From IMG/VR virus record IMGVR_UViG_3300021197_001203, positions 44,316-108,315 of that record: a stretch of 64,000 nt of DNA, one strand, 5' to 3'. The first letter of the stretch is position 1; the number at the start of each line of letters is the position of its first letter. Source of the stretch: a virus. The position numbers and the translations under genes were made by a program. A model generated the notes under the pieces. It was given only the letters and a program-made list of their open reading frames with translations, had not been told where the DNA came from and made no database searches. Positions 49,964-59,109 of the stretch are shown here, one piece after another.

Positions 49964-51250
49964 TTATAGACCAATCAACTGTTCGGCAACACTCAGGGTC
50001 ATATTGTATGACCAATACCCGTCTCCTGCATTGTAAGTAGGAACTACTGACATAAGAACCGCAGGGATAGCGACTCCCTGTTCTAAAAATGGATTAGGGC
50101 GTGAAATCTTATTATCGACTACAATTGTAGGGTCATAATCAGATGTGTTTTTTTCCGAACTATAATCCGTACCGGGGCCAGCAGGTATTACATATTGTCT
50201 TAACACACGATGACCTAATGCGTTGCTAGCTATTGATTCGTAAGGAACTCTAACACCTACTATGTATTTTTTGACTACTGCTGCTTCGTTAATTCGTAAA
50301 AACTTTGAAACATCAAACGAAGACATACTGTCGGGAAGGTCGAGAACATCACCTGTTAATGTTGCCGGAGATATTAATGCCCCCCCTGCTGATTGGTTGG
50401 CTAGGTTTAGTAAATCTTGAACCTTATCGCCCATTGAGAGTTTCACACTTGATGCGCCACCTGTCATACTACTGGTGACAAATGCTTTGTCCCATTTCTG
50501 AAGTGAGCCAGCGACTAATGCGTAAGTATTCGTGCCGTCTCTTTCACCCTTCTGAACGGACACCGAAACATCGCCGTTTACACCTACTGTCTTATTTTTA
50601 ATACTGATCAATTCGCCTGAATATACTGCATTGACATCTCCTGTCTGATGGTAATATGAATTATTCATTTGTTGCCCATTGGATGCAGACACGTCAAAAG
50701 CGGTGGTGAATGCGACTGTTGCCGTGTTTTCTTTGATCGAAGCTGAAGCCAAAGCATTCCTTATGGTTGTTGAAAGTGTGCCTGTATTTGTAGTGGAAGA
50801 TATATCCACTCCTATCAAACTTTCAGTAGCCACAACAGAGGTAGTGGTTCCGTTAGCTAACCTAATTTTTGTCGTTTCGCCTAAATCCGCATCAACCTGT
50901 CCTATTGATTTGAAAGCAATCTCCACACCGTCTAAATCGGTTTTTACCGCCGACCAAGAACCTGTCACTACCGCATATTGCCCATACCATGTTGAGCTTG
51001 GAATTGTACCAGCTGATCTTGAGAGGTCTATTGTGAAAGCTGAACCATTTCCTGCAACCTCTCCCTCATCATCACTGATTATCCCATCAATACTAATTCC
51101 GATTGTAGCAACATTCATATCTAAAGCAAATCTTTGAGCTATAACGGGCAAGGGAGTCACAGATGTTTCACGTTTAACATCAAAAGTAATCATGTTTGCA
51201 TCTAATTCAATTACAGAACTATCCCTACGGATTAATTGTATTTTAGGCAT
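49964..51250 (-). CDS. Tail protein following the tape measure (distal-tail-like)
   Basis: Position after the tape measure gene; beta-rich; ends WSYNMTL. Confidence 0.55.
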   Translation of the reverse strand: MPKIQLIRRDSSVIELDANMITFDVKRETSVTPLPVIAQRFALDMNVATIGISIDGIISDDEGEVAGNGSAFTIDLSRSAGTIPSSTWYGQYAVVTGSWSAVKTDLDGVEIAFKSIGQVDADLGETTKIRLANGTTTSVVATESLIGVDISSTTNTGTLSTTIRNALASASIKENTATVAFTTAFDVSASNGQQMNNSYYHQTGDVNAVYSGELISIKNKTVGVNGDVSVSVQKGERDGTNTYALVAGSLQKWDKAFVTSSMTGGASSVKLSMGDKVQDLLNLANQSAGGALISPATLTGDVLDLPDSMSSFDVSKFLRINEAAVVKKYIVGVRVPYESIASNALGHRVLRQYVIPAGPGTDYSSEKNTSDYDPTIVVDNKISRPNPFLEQGVAIPAVLMSVVPTYNAGDGYWSYNMTLSVAEQLIGL

Positions 51251-51251
51251 A

Positions 51252-52859
51252 TTATATCACTCCCCTACCGAAACTATTACCCCTAGACCTTGACCTAAAA
51301 GCCCTTTGAACTTCTTTACTTACTTCTCTAGCTATTTCACGGGCATTTCCCCCGCCGGACACATTTATTGCTAGATTCATCGTGTCTCCTTCACTGCCGC
51401 CACCCATGCCGCTTAGTGTGACTGGTATAGACTGACCGTCAGGCAGAGGAACCACCGCTTCAGTTCCGTGTAGTGTGACTGGGTAGCCACTTGTTGGACC
51501 GGATGCAATACCTCCACTAGCAAACAGTAAATCTTTTGCTTTTCCACCCAATCCTCCTACGTCTTTCATCCAATCAGGCATACTAGGCATATTGCCCTCA
51601 ATCCAATCAAAGGCTCTTTTTGCACCACCTGTTAAACCATCATAAAAATCATTACCAAGACTGGAAAAACCATCCGCTATCCAAGAACCAAAATCCGCCA
51701 TCGCACCAATGAAAGCAGCCCCAAGATCAATTATTCCATTAATTAGTGACATTATAAAATCTGATACTATTTTCTTAATACCGTCCCATATTTCAGCCAT
51801 TTTACCCATGATAGTCCATTCGCCACTAACATAGGAGGCAACTCCTTCAAACGCCCATATACAAAGGTCTAGGAAACCGATTATAATTACTGCTATTACT
51901 TTGAATACAAATGTGACCACTTTCATAATAAGCCCAAAGGCCCAAAGGAATATTTTTACAACGGGTCCACCAACGTATGCAAGTATTTTAGCGAATAGAA
52001 CCAAACCTTCACCAATTACTATAACAAATATAGGCAAAAGCATGGAAACTACCTCTCCTATTTTTACGAATACATCAATCAATCCACTGTTAATACAAAA
52101 ATCAACAAAACCAATAAATATTGTATTTATCAAACCAAATACACTAGCAAAACTGATACCAAACACACCTAATATTTCTTTAATATAGACAAATGTCAAA
52201 ACAAATGCAAGTCCCAAATTAGTGACCATTCCAATTATCGTATCAAAATGCCCAGCTTCATTCATATAAACAAGGAGGCCCACAAACGACCCTAGTATTA
52301 CCTCAAACGAATCAGCAGCTGCAACTGCAAAGTTCATGAGGAAACCAATTATACCGAATATTACCATTTTAGCCATATCTAACATTGGCTGCCAGTTCAT
52401 GCCCCCTACAAGCCCAGCAACAGTTTCCAAATGCCCCATCACTCCTTCTAATGAACCTTTTATAGATTCTAAGCCGCCAAAGAACTCAGGGAAAATAGCG
52501 GTCCCACCAGCAACAGACCCTCCAAAATAAATTAATGCAGCAGCCGTTAATGCAAACAAACCGATCAAGAATAAAATAGTAGTAGCCATTGCTTTGAGTA
52601 TAGTAAAGAGTATAGTCAAAGGACCCAATGCTACTTCAGTAGCCTCTCCTAATTCCTCCACTACTTCTGTTGATTCACCAAATACTTCATTCCACAATTC
52701 GCCCCACTGCTTTAATTTTATTATAGCTTTTAGTAAGTCTTTGCCCAATAATTTTTGTAATCCTTTTGCTATGAGGGCTTGGCTTTGCATCCCCTTAGTC
52801 ATTTTGGTGATGTTTGTCATTCCAGTTGCTATTCCAGCATTAAGGTCAGCCACTGTCAT
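51252..52859 (-). CDS. Tape measure protein
   Basis: Long amphipathic/hydrophobic helical repeats; C-terminal FASGGIASGP.SGYPVTLHGTEAVVPL; follows the chaperone pair. Confidence 0.85.
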   Translation of the reverse strand: MTVADLNAGIATGMTNITKMTKGMQSQALIAKGLQKLLGKDLLKAIIKLKQWGELWNEVFGESTEVVEELGEATEVALGPLTILFTILKAMATTILFLIGLFALTAAALIYFGGSVAGGTAIFPEFFGGLESIKGSLEGVMGHLETVAGLVGGMNWQPMLDMAKMVIFGIIGFLMNFAVAAADSFEVILGSFVGLLVYMNEAGHFDTIIGMVTNLGLAFVLTFVYIKEILGVFGISFASVFGLINTIFIGFVDFCINSGLIDVFVKIGEVVSMLLPIFVIVIGEGLVLFAKILAYVGGPVVKIFLWAFGLIMKVVTFVFKVIAVIIIGFLDLCIWAFEGVASYVSGEWTIMGKMAEIWDGIKKIVSDFIMSLINGIIDLGAAFIGAMADFGSWIADGFSSLGNDFYDGLTGGAKRAFDWIEGNMPSMPDWMKDVGGLGGKAKDLLFASGGIASGPTSGYPVTLHGTEAVVPLPDGQSIPVTLSGMGGGSEGDTMNLAINVSGGGNAREIAREVSKEVQRAFRSRSRGNSFGRGVI

Positions 52860-53226
52860 CTTCAGGCACCCTCATGTCAGCATTGACAAGGTCGAAAAAG
52901 TCATCGAGATTGTCTGCATCACTGGTAGTCCGTATAACCCTACCGTCTTTATTGTTGCCTCCGTTATACCGTTTTTTCATATCTTTTGTTTGCTTTTCTG
53001 TTTGTTCTGCCCTTTCTTCCTCAACGGCTCTTACAAACATATAATCTAGTATAACACGGTCATAGGGTTGGTCATCCCAAGAATGAGGGGGACAATTGAA
53101 ATGTTGACCCAAGACATACCTTATTGTTTGAAAAGTCAACAAATTATTTTGTTCGGAATTAAAAGGATTTACTTCCCCATTTGATTGAATATATTTTTTC
53201 AAGTCAGGGAAGCTTATCCCAAAGGG
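52846..53226 (-). CDS. Tail assembly chaperone, frameshifted C-terminal part (gpT-like)
   Basis: The -1 frame is open from the slippery site through ORF 52846..53202, which has only a TTG start. Confidence 0.75.
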   Translation of the reverse strand, partial: PFGISFPDLKKYIQSNGEVNPFNSEQNNLLTFQTIRYVLGQHFNCPPHSWDDQPYDRVILDYMFVRAVEEERAEQTEKQTKDMKKRYNGGNNKDGRVIRTTSDADNLDDFFDLVNADMRVPEDDSG

Positions 53227-53576
53227 TCTGCTTCACCGCCGACAGCAGCCATTATGTCTGATAGCTGAGGCAATAATTGTGAAATCTTTTTACCGACTTC
53301 AGGCTTTAGATTAACCAAGTCGTATTTTGATAATTTAGGGCTTGTATCAGTAATGCAGGTCGCAATTACAAATCTCCAGTAGCCGCCGAAGTCTAATTTT
53401 GGTATTATCTCTTCACCAACCATATTAAAATCCACGAACTTTGACATGGCTTCTTGCTGTTGAACCCAAGAAAGTGGTTTGATCCATACGGATAAATTAC
53501 CTTCTTCGGTCACTATGTCATGCTGCGTTGATGCGTTGCTAATTACGAATGGATTATTCTGTTTCATTTGTTTCAC
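53214..53576 (-). CDS. Tail assembly chaperone (gpG-like)
   Basis: Lies between the tail tube and tape measure genes and ends at the slippery site. The start may be ATG 53567. Confidence 0.8.
   Translation of the reverse strand: MKQMKQNNPFVISNASTQHDIVTEEGNLSVWIKPLSWVQQQEAMSKFVDFNMVGEEIIPKLDFGGYWRFVIATCITDTSPKLSKYDLVNLKPEVGKKISQLLPQLSDIMAAVGGEADPLG
53220..53226 (-). other. Programmed -1 ribosomal frameshift site C CCT TTG
   Basis: X XXY YYZ heptamer correctly phased one codon before the gpG-like stop. A -1 shift reads ...GISFPDLKKYIQ. Confidence 0.8.
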
Positions 53577-53940
53577 TCTCGTCCGTTTCTGATACTAATG
53601 ATTGTGCGCCCCCCGGTACACCATCATCTTCTGTTGTTGATAACCCTTCAGGGTGAGCTGCATCCCATCCCCTCAAACGTGTTATCAAATCTGATTTATT
53701 GCCATATACTGGTTCTGACCTAGCTGATAACAATACACGAAGATCGACAACAGTTAATTCGTCATAACCATCATCAGGTAATACTTCTTCGGTTTCTGCT
53801 AAAGCTATTGTAGGTAATACACCAGTTAATACCACATTTTCAGCACCTAAACCCCCTGCGGAAGTAATTTCAGATTCAGTTATTGTCCAATTGAGTGGTA
53901 CTCTTGTAGTACCCACAGTCACATATCCAGTTAGTTTCAT
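53554..53940 (-). CDS. SAP/HeH-domain protein
   Basis: YDELTVVDLRVLL.AR...VYGNKSDLITRL matches the SAP motif. Confidence 0.75.
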   Translation of the reverse strand: MKLTGYVTVGTTRVPLNWTITESEITSAGGLGAENVVLTGVLPTIALAETEEVLPDDGYDELTVVDLRVLLSARSEPVYGNKSDLITRLRGWDAAHPEGLSTTEDDGVPGGAQSLVSETDESETNETE

Positions 53941-53980
53941 TGTCAGTCTCTCCATTATATTTTATTCTTAAGTATTCCCT

Positions 53981-56188
53981 TCATAGTAAGAAGTAAGGCG
54001 AGGTTTCGCTTACTTTCATGTGCCTGACCACCAATGCAACATCGGCAGTCACAGGTCCTTTATCATTAGGAATATCGTGGTTTGCACTTTCAATGGTATA
54101 ATCCTCTAGGGTGATAGTAGCTGTCTGCCTAGTCGCATGGCCCCCCGGTTTAGTCATTGTAATAGTAATATCATTTGTGTTTCTATGGTGTCGGCGTGTC
54201 CTCAGCTCTTCCCAAAGTCTGTCATCTTCAACTAATGCTTTGAAGGTAAATGTGTATTCTCTCGCTGCCTCACTTATTTCCAATGGGGTTTGTGTTGCCC
54301 CGTGTTGAACCTGATCATTATCCGTGGTTGTTCCTTCATATCCTCTAATATAATACTGGCTTTGTAGCCCATTTGAGATTTGAAGGTTAAACTCGGTGCC
54401 TCTTAAGACTGGCCTTCCAAATACCTCCACACTTATGTCTTGGAATAAATATGGTTTCTCGCCGTCAACAGCAATACCACTCATTTTTCTAGTGGTAGCT
54501 GTATTAGCTGTGTTGTCAAACATTCTATGAGGGGTCAGGGTATTAGTGGTCTCAGTATAATGTCTTGATGCGTCATAAGAAATATCAATTTTTAATTCTC
54601 CTTCAGTATCTGCTTGAACCGTAGCATTTGTAGCTTTACAACCACCGTATAACCGAAGTAATTGGTTTGCATCAGTAGCCGAATCTGTCTGCCTGAAAGA
54701 CTGTTCTAACGTAAATGAAGGTAGCACATTATGGCCAAAGATAGTATGTTCCACACCAAATTGTAATTCTTTGTCTGATGCTTTGATATGCGGGCTACCG
54801 TGTTTTGTATCATCTTGGTAGTATAATCTTTCAACACCGCAGCTAGTTTTTGTATGGTCGAACATAAATGCTTCTTCAACATAGATATAACCTTCATCTC
54901 CGCTATTAGCCGAACCCACCCCGATTACCCTGCGAATCTCATGTTTGTGGATTTGACGTGCAGTGACTGTTGTATCTTGACCCGGAATTGTAAATACATC
55001 GTTATCCACGATCTGAACATATACATTCCCACTAAGATAACCAGCCCATTTAGCCGCATTAGTGGCACCGAGGTCAATTCTATGGTCTCCTGCTGATATA
55101 TCAGTCTCAACTTCCGCTAAGAGATATACAGCCATGTCCACGGTTTGCGCTCTTGCTAATGCCCCGGTTGTAATATCTATGCAACTTGATAAGACCGTAC
55201 CGCTAGCCCCTCCGTAATGGCCATAAAGTGGCTTTCCTGCTGCGGATAAAACTTTGAATATTCCTTTAGTGCCGACATTCTCAAAATGAGTATTGTAAGC
55301 TGAAGTTTCAAACGTAATGTCAGTGCCAGCATCTGCAACAGTTTCTTGACCTAACAAGAAATTGCCTGTTGCGGTGCCGCTTGTCGTGACCAAACCACTG
55401 ATTGCAGTGATTCCTGTTCTCACGGTACTAGCCCCGTAAAGCTGGGTTGCGTATTTTGCGTTTGCTGCGACTACCTTTATGTTCAACGGCAACTGACCGA
55501 TAATCGTGTTTGCTACTGTCGAATAAGCATATTCGCCTTGACTCAATGCGGTGTGTCCACCCAATGCGTACTTTAGCCATCTGATTGTATGTGCATTAAC
55601 TTGTAGTGAACCGCCTGAAAGCTCTTCTCTCCCGCTGGTGATTATATTGACATCTCTCCCTAATCCAATGACGTGTTGTTTTCTAACATCTATTTTTGGT
55701 TCAGGTATTTTCAATTCGTTCAACAAACCAATAAACTGGTCTGTTTTTACTTGTTGAGTATCTTTTGTCATACTTGATTCAAAGGTGGGTAGCCTATAAC
55801 CGTCTATGACCAAATTGTCTGATGCGACAGCAGCTGTACCAGCCGCTGAGACTAAAGCAGGTTGAACGGTTATTGTGCCATTATCTGTATTATTAGCCGT
55901 AATGTAATAAGTGCGTCTAGTGGTAGCGAAATCGTCAGCGGTGAAATTGCCTCCACCTTCGATCTTTAAGGTGCAACCAACAAGAATATTGTCAGGTAGC
56001 TCTAAATCTCCGTTTGCGTCCACCCAATAATTATGTTGTGACATTGTGATGAGGCTGGTGTTTCCAGTGGTTGATGTCAATGTAAAGGCAGTTTGAGTGT
56101 CGTTTCCATTTGCTCTTAGCCCTGTCTCTTTACCGAATGAGACTTCAGCCAAGTCTCCCTTGAAAAGCTTGTTCGCCATGTTTACCAA
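53981..56188 (-). CDS. Major tail tube protein with large inserted domains
   Basis: KGDLAEVSFG.E, WLKYALG, LPSFTLEQ, YGGCK, GELK and REYTF; located upstream of the chaperones. Confidence 0.75.
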   Translation of the reverse strand: MVNMANKLFKGDLAEVSFGKETGLRANGNDTQTAFTLTSTTGNTSLITMSQHNYWVDANGDLELPDNILVGCTLKIEGGGNFTADDFATTRRTYYITANNTDNGTITVQPALVSAAGTAAVASDNLVIDGYRLPTFESSMTKDTQQVKTDQFIGLLNELKIPEPKIDVRKQHVIGLGRDVNIITSGREELSGGSLQVNAHTIRWLKYALGGHTALSQGEYAYSTVANTIIGQLPLNIKVVAANAKYATQLYGASTVRTGITAISGLVTTSGTATGNFLLGQETVADAGTDITFETSAYNTHFENVGTKGIFKVLSAAGKPLYGHYGGASGTVLSSCIDITTGALARAQTVDMAVYLLAEVETDISAGDHRIDLGATNAAKWAGYLSGNVYVQIVDNDVFTIPGQDTTVTARQIHKHEIRRVIGVGSANSGDEGYIYVEEAFMFDHTKTSCGVERLYYQDDTKHGSPHIKASDKELQFGVEHTIFGHNVLPSFTLEQSFRQTDSATDANQLLRLYGGCKATNATVQADTEGELKIDISYDASRHYTETTNTLTPHRMFDNTANTATTRKMSGIAVDGEKPYLFQDISVEVFGRPVLRGTEFNLQISNGLQSQYYIRGYEGTTTDNDQVQHGATQTPLEISEAAREYTFTFKALVEDDRLWEELRTRRHHRNTNDITITMTKPGGHATRQTATITLEDYTIESANHDIPNDKGPVTADVALVVRHMKVSETSPYFLL

Positions 56189-56218
56189 TTATTGCTACGT
56201 GAAGCAATCGTCTATAAC
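56189..56218 (-). promoter_or_regulatory. Putative late promoter (TTATAGACGA-N19-TTG)
   Basis: Same spacing as the other two copies; includes an ATTGCT/AGCAAT inverted repeat. Confidence 0.55.
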
Positions 56219-56259
56219 GATACGCATTGAAAGCAGCGTTTTTACTCCTTAAAACAATA

Positions 56260-56520
56260 TTATTCTTCTTCGGATGCAGGTTCGTCAGATACTTTGCCGA
56301 TTGAATCCCTGATAGCAATTGAATTATTTATTTCCTGAATATCCGCCAAAAGGCGTGTTCTTGCTTGGTCAACACTATTGAAGAAACCTTCCATTGACCT
56401 GAGAATTACGAGACGGTCTGCTGAGACAACTTCGCTTCTTTGTAGCATAGTGAGTAATTGTTCGGCAGTCACCGTAGTCGATTTTTGTTCTTGCTCTTCA
56501 TCTGCGTCATCTTTGGACAT
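56260..56520 (-). CDS. Small acidic coiled-coil protein
   Basis: 86-aa ORF with its own promoter. Confidence 0.7.
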   Translation of the reverse strand: MSKDDADEEQEQKSTTVTAEQLLTMLQRSEVVSADRLVILRSMEGFFNSVDQARTRLLADIQEINNSIAIRDSIGKVSDEPASEEE

Positions 56521-56552
56521 ATTAGCCCGGTATCGCAGCTCGTTCTTAAAGT
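56521..56552 (-). promoter_or_regulatory. Putative late leaderless promoter (TTTAAGAACGA-N19-ATG)
   Basis: Same architecture as 848-880. Confidence 0.6.
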
Positions 56553-56572
56553 TGTCAGTAATGACAGTTATC

Positions 56573-57148
56573 TTACGGCCAATTCCAACCGTTTATTTCA
56601 TCGGCATAATCGCCGTATTTATTGTTAATTCGGGTGACGTATTCATCGATTGGCTCATCATGAGTAAGCCAAGTATCGAACCAAGCGAAGTCCCAATGAC
56701 TGTCTTCGGGTATTTCCCAAGTATTAACGTCTGCATGGATCAATGTAAATCGGTCATCCTTTGCACAGTGTTCCCAAACCAAATCAATAACATCTTGTTC
56801 TTTTTCAATAATGGTGACACTTGTAATATCGTCTGAAGCCAATAAAGGTATATTGACCATACCAATCCCTAATCCTCCGATCAAGACATCTCCTGTTCTT
56901 TGAGTCACCCAAATATGTTCTTCACATTCTCTTGTTGTATCTTGCATTATATTGAGCTTGGCGTTTTGAGGGCCATAAGCCTCAAACAAAACAGTATATG
57001 TCCCATCGGGTATATTTGCATATTTACAATAAGTCTGCCAAGATAAAGGGCTTGTTAGCTCTGTATCAACTCTTTGATAATCTAATATCTGTATAGAAAA
57101 ACGCCCTGATTCCCCTTCGGGTATTCCTGATACCTCCCACCTACTCAT
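56573..57148 (-). CDS. Class I SAM-dependent methyltransferase (spermidine-synthase-like fold)
   Basis: GDVLIGGLGIGM, VTIIE...VIDLV, IHAD, DFAWFDTW. Confidence 0.85.
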   Translation of the reverse strand: MSRWEVSGIPEGESGRFSIQILDYQRVDTELTSPLSWQTYCKYANIPDGTYTVLFEAYGPQNAKLNIMQDTTRECEEHIWVTQRTGDVLIGGLGIGMVNIPLLASDDITSVTIIEKEQDVIDLVWEHCAKDDRFTLIHADVNTWEIPEDSHWDFAWFDTWLTHDEPIDEYVTRINNKYGDYADEINGWNWP

Positions 57149-57152
57149 AGTA

Positions 57153-59105
57153 TCACGGAATCTCTATATTCACTTTAAGTTGCGTGGCTGTGGTACTGCC
57201 TGAGTTATTAGTAGCAGTAGCATCCACATCAAAATGAAACCCATCTCCCGAATCACTCATCAACAAATATCCTCTTCCGCCTGAATTGTGAGTAGCAACG
57301 GCTTCTTCAACTATCCCACCCGACCCCGTACAATCTTGAGTTGTTGATGGTGCGCCATTTGTTCCGACACTCGCAAGTGCGCTAAAGGTGTCTTGATTTA
57401 CAGTAGCACCGCTTAGATTCCATGCGTAGCTAGTAGCCCCTGATGCACGAATGAATCCTCTTACATCCCATTTTAGAACACCACTATTATTCAATAGAGC
57501 ATGATTATAATCCACGTTGTAATACATATCTAATGTCACCTGATTGCCTGAAAACGCAGACCCATCCGATATAGGGTCTGTCGCCATAGGATTTTGACCA
57601 CTACTACCAAGCGTAGTCAATTCAACTTTAATCGCATTATTGTAATTGCCGCTAGAGCTAGTCGCTATACTTACTCCGGTAGGCGCACTTGCATTGTTTT
57701 GTGTGGTTTCATTTACTATACTAGAAAACGCACCATTACCCGCCGCATTAACCGCTAATACTTTGTAATAATAAGTGCTATTTTGAGTTAAACCTGTATC
57801 GTTAAATGTTGTTCCTGTTGGCGTTCCGACTGAAGAATATGTGCCTCCGCTTGATGTAGCCCTATGGACTTGATAGCCCGTTTCAGTACCCGATGGATTG
57901 TTCCAAGACAAGTTTATTTGAGTATTAGACTGAGCTGAGGCCGACAAACCTGTGACTTGCCCCGGTAAAGTAAAAGCATTTACTTCACTTGAAAAGGCAC
58001 TATTTCCATCATCATTTGTTGCTTTAATTTTGTAATAATAACGTGTGCCTTGACTCAAACCTGTGTTGTTATATGATGTAGCGGTGACACCTGACGCTAT
58101 TTCTGAAAAACCACTACCCGATGAAGCAGATCGAAATATTTTGTAAGAATCTGCACCCGAAGCCGCAGACCAGCTAAGATTTAATTGTGAAGTGGAGGCT
58201 GTGCTTACGGCCAAGTTAGCCGGAACATCAGGAACATCGGCCAAATTAATTCTATCCACGTCATCATCATTTTCTCCTACAAGGAACATATAAGTCCAAT
58301 CGTCATCAAACCAAATGCCTCCGCCTGTGCTTTCACTTGATGCGAATGACCCACTTGAAGAATGAAAAGATGCTGTTGAAACATCAAAGGCAGTAGTCAT
58401 ATTATATTTATGAGCTTTATCTCCTGAGTTATCATATACGACAAAAGCATAACCATCTGTTGAAAAATGAACCCCTGAAGTGACGGTTGACTTAGCTGAA
58501 ATATCGAATGATTGATTGAAGCTCGCTGTATTTAATGCGTAAGCGGTTGATAAATCGTATTCATAAATATGGTCAGGCGCATAACCTACAACATACATTT
58601 TCGTACCATCGTTTTTCATGTACCCATCATACATATTGGTTGTTTGAGAACTTACGCTAAATGTTCCTGAAACGTGGCTTCCTGTGCTTAAATCGTAAGG
58701 TGTTGATAAATCCCATCTATCAACAGTATTCCTCCCAAATGTAATTAATTTTGACCCATCATCTGCAAAATCAATTCCTCCAATTAATACTTCATAAGTA
58801 CCAATACTCAAATGATCTGAAGCTGTGTTTGATACTGATGCTGTTGAAACACTAAAATTAGTGCTTAATGGGTATTCAATCACATAATCGTTAAATGTTC
58901 CCGCCATAGAACCAACAAAAAGAATTGAACCATCGGGTTTCAAACCAACACCGTGAGCGTGAGTAGTTTTATTCCCTAAGTCGTATGTCTGATCGACAGC
59001 AGTATTACCTATCCCATCCAATGTTTTAGCCCATATGGTGGGGTCTGCTTCGTTAGCAGTTTCATATTGTTGAATGCAGCCAATCAGACCTTTCATGTAT
59101 GTCAT
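57153..59105 (-). CDS. Virion adhesin-like protein: beta-propeller repeats and two fibronectin type III domains
   Basis: Repeated F..DG.K.....Y.LST.[FY]D.STAS blades; LNLSW...Y...R.....F..I.....Y..TGL...T.YYYK..A.N..G occurs twice. Confidence 0.8.
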   Translation of the reverse strand: MTYMKGLIGCIQQYETANEADPTIWAKTLDGIGNTAVDQTYDLGNKTTHAHGVGLKPDGSILFVGSMAGTFNDYVIEYPLSTNFSVSTASVSNTASDHLSIGTYEVLIGGIDFADDGSKLITFGRNTVDRWDLSTPYDLSTGSHVSGTFSVSSQTTNMYDGYMKNDGTKMYVVGYAPDHIYEYDLSTAYALNTASFNQSFDISAKSTVTSGVHFSTDGYAFVVYDNSGDKAHKYNMTTAFDVSTASFHSSSGSFASSESTGGGIWFDDDWTYMFLVGENDDDVDRINLADVPDVPANLAVSTASTSQLNLSWSAASGADSYKIFRSASSGSGFSEIASGVTATSYNNTGLSQGTRYYYKIKATNDDGNSAFSSEVNAFTLPGQVTGLSASAQSNTQINLSWNNPSGTETGYQVHRATSSGGTYSSVGTPTGTTFNDTGLTQNSTYYYKVLAVNAAGNGAFSSIVNETTQNNASAPTGVSIATSSSGNYNNAIKVELTTLGSSGQNPMATDPISDGSAFSGNQVTLDMYYNVDYNHALLNNSGVLKWDVRGFIRASGATSYAWNLSGATVNQDTFSALASVGTNGAPSTTQDCTGSGGIVEEAVATHNSGGRGYLLMSDSGDGFHFDVDATATNNSGSTTATQLKVNIEIP

Positions 59106-59109
59106 TTAA

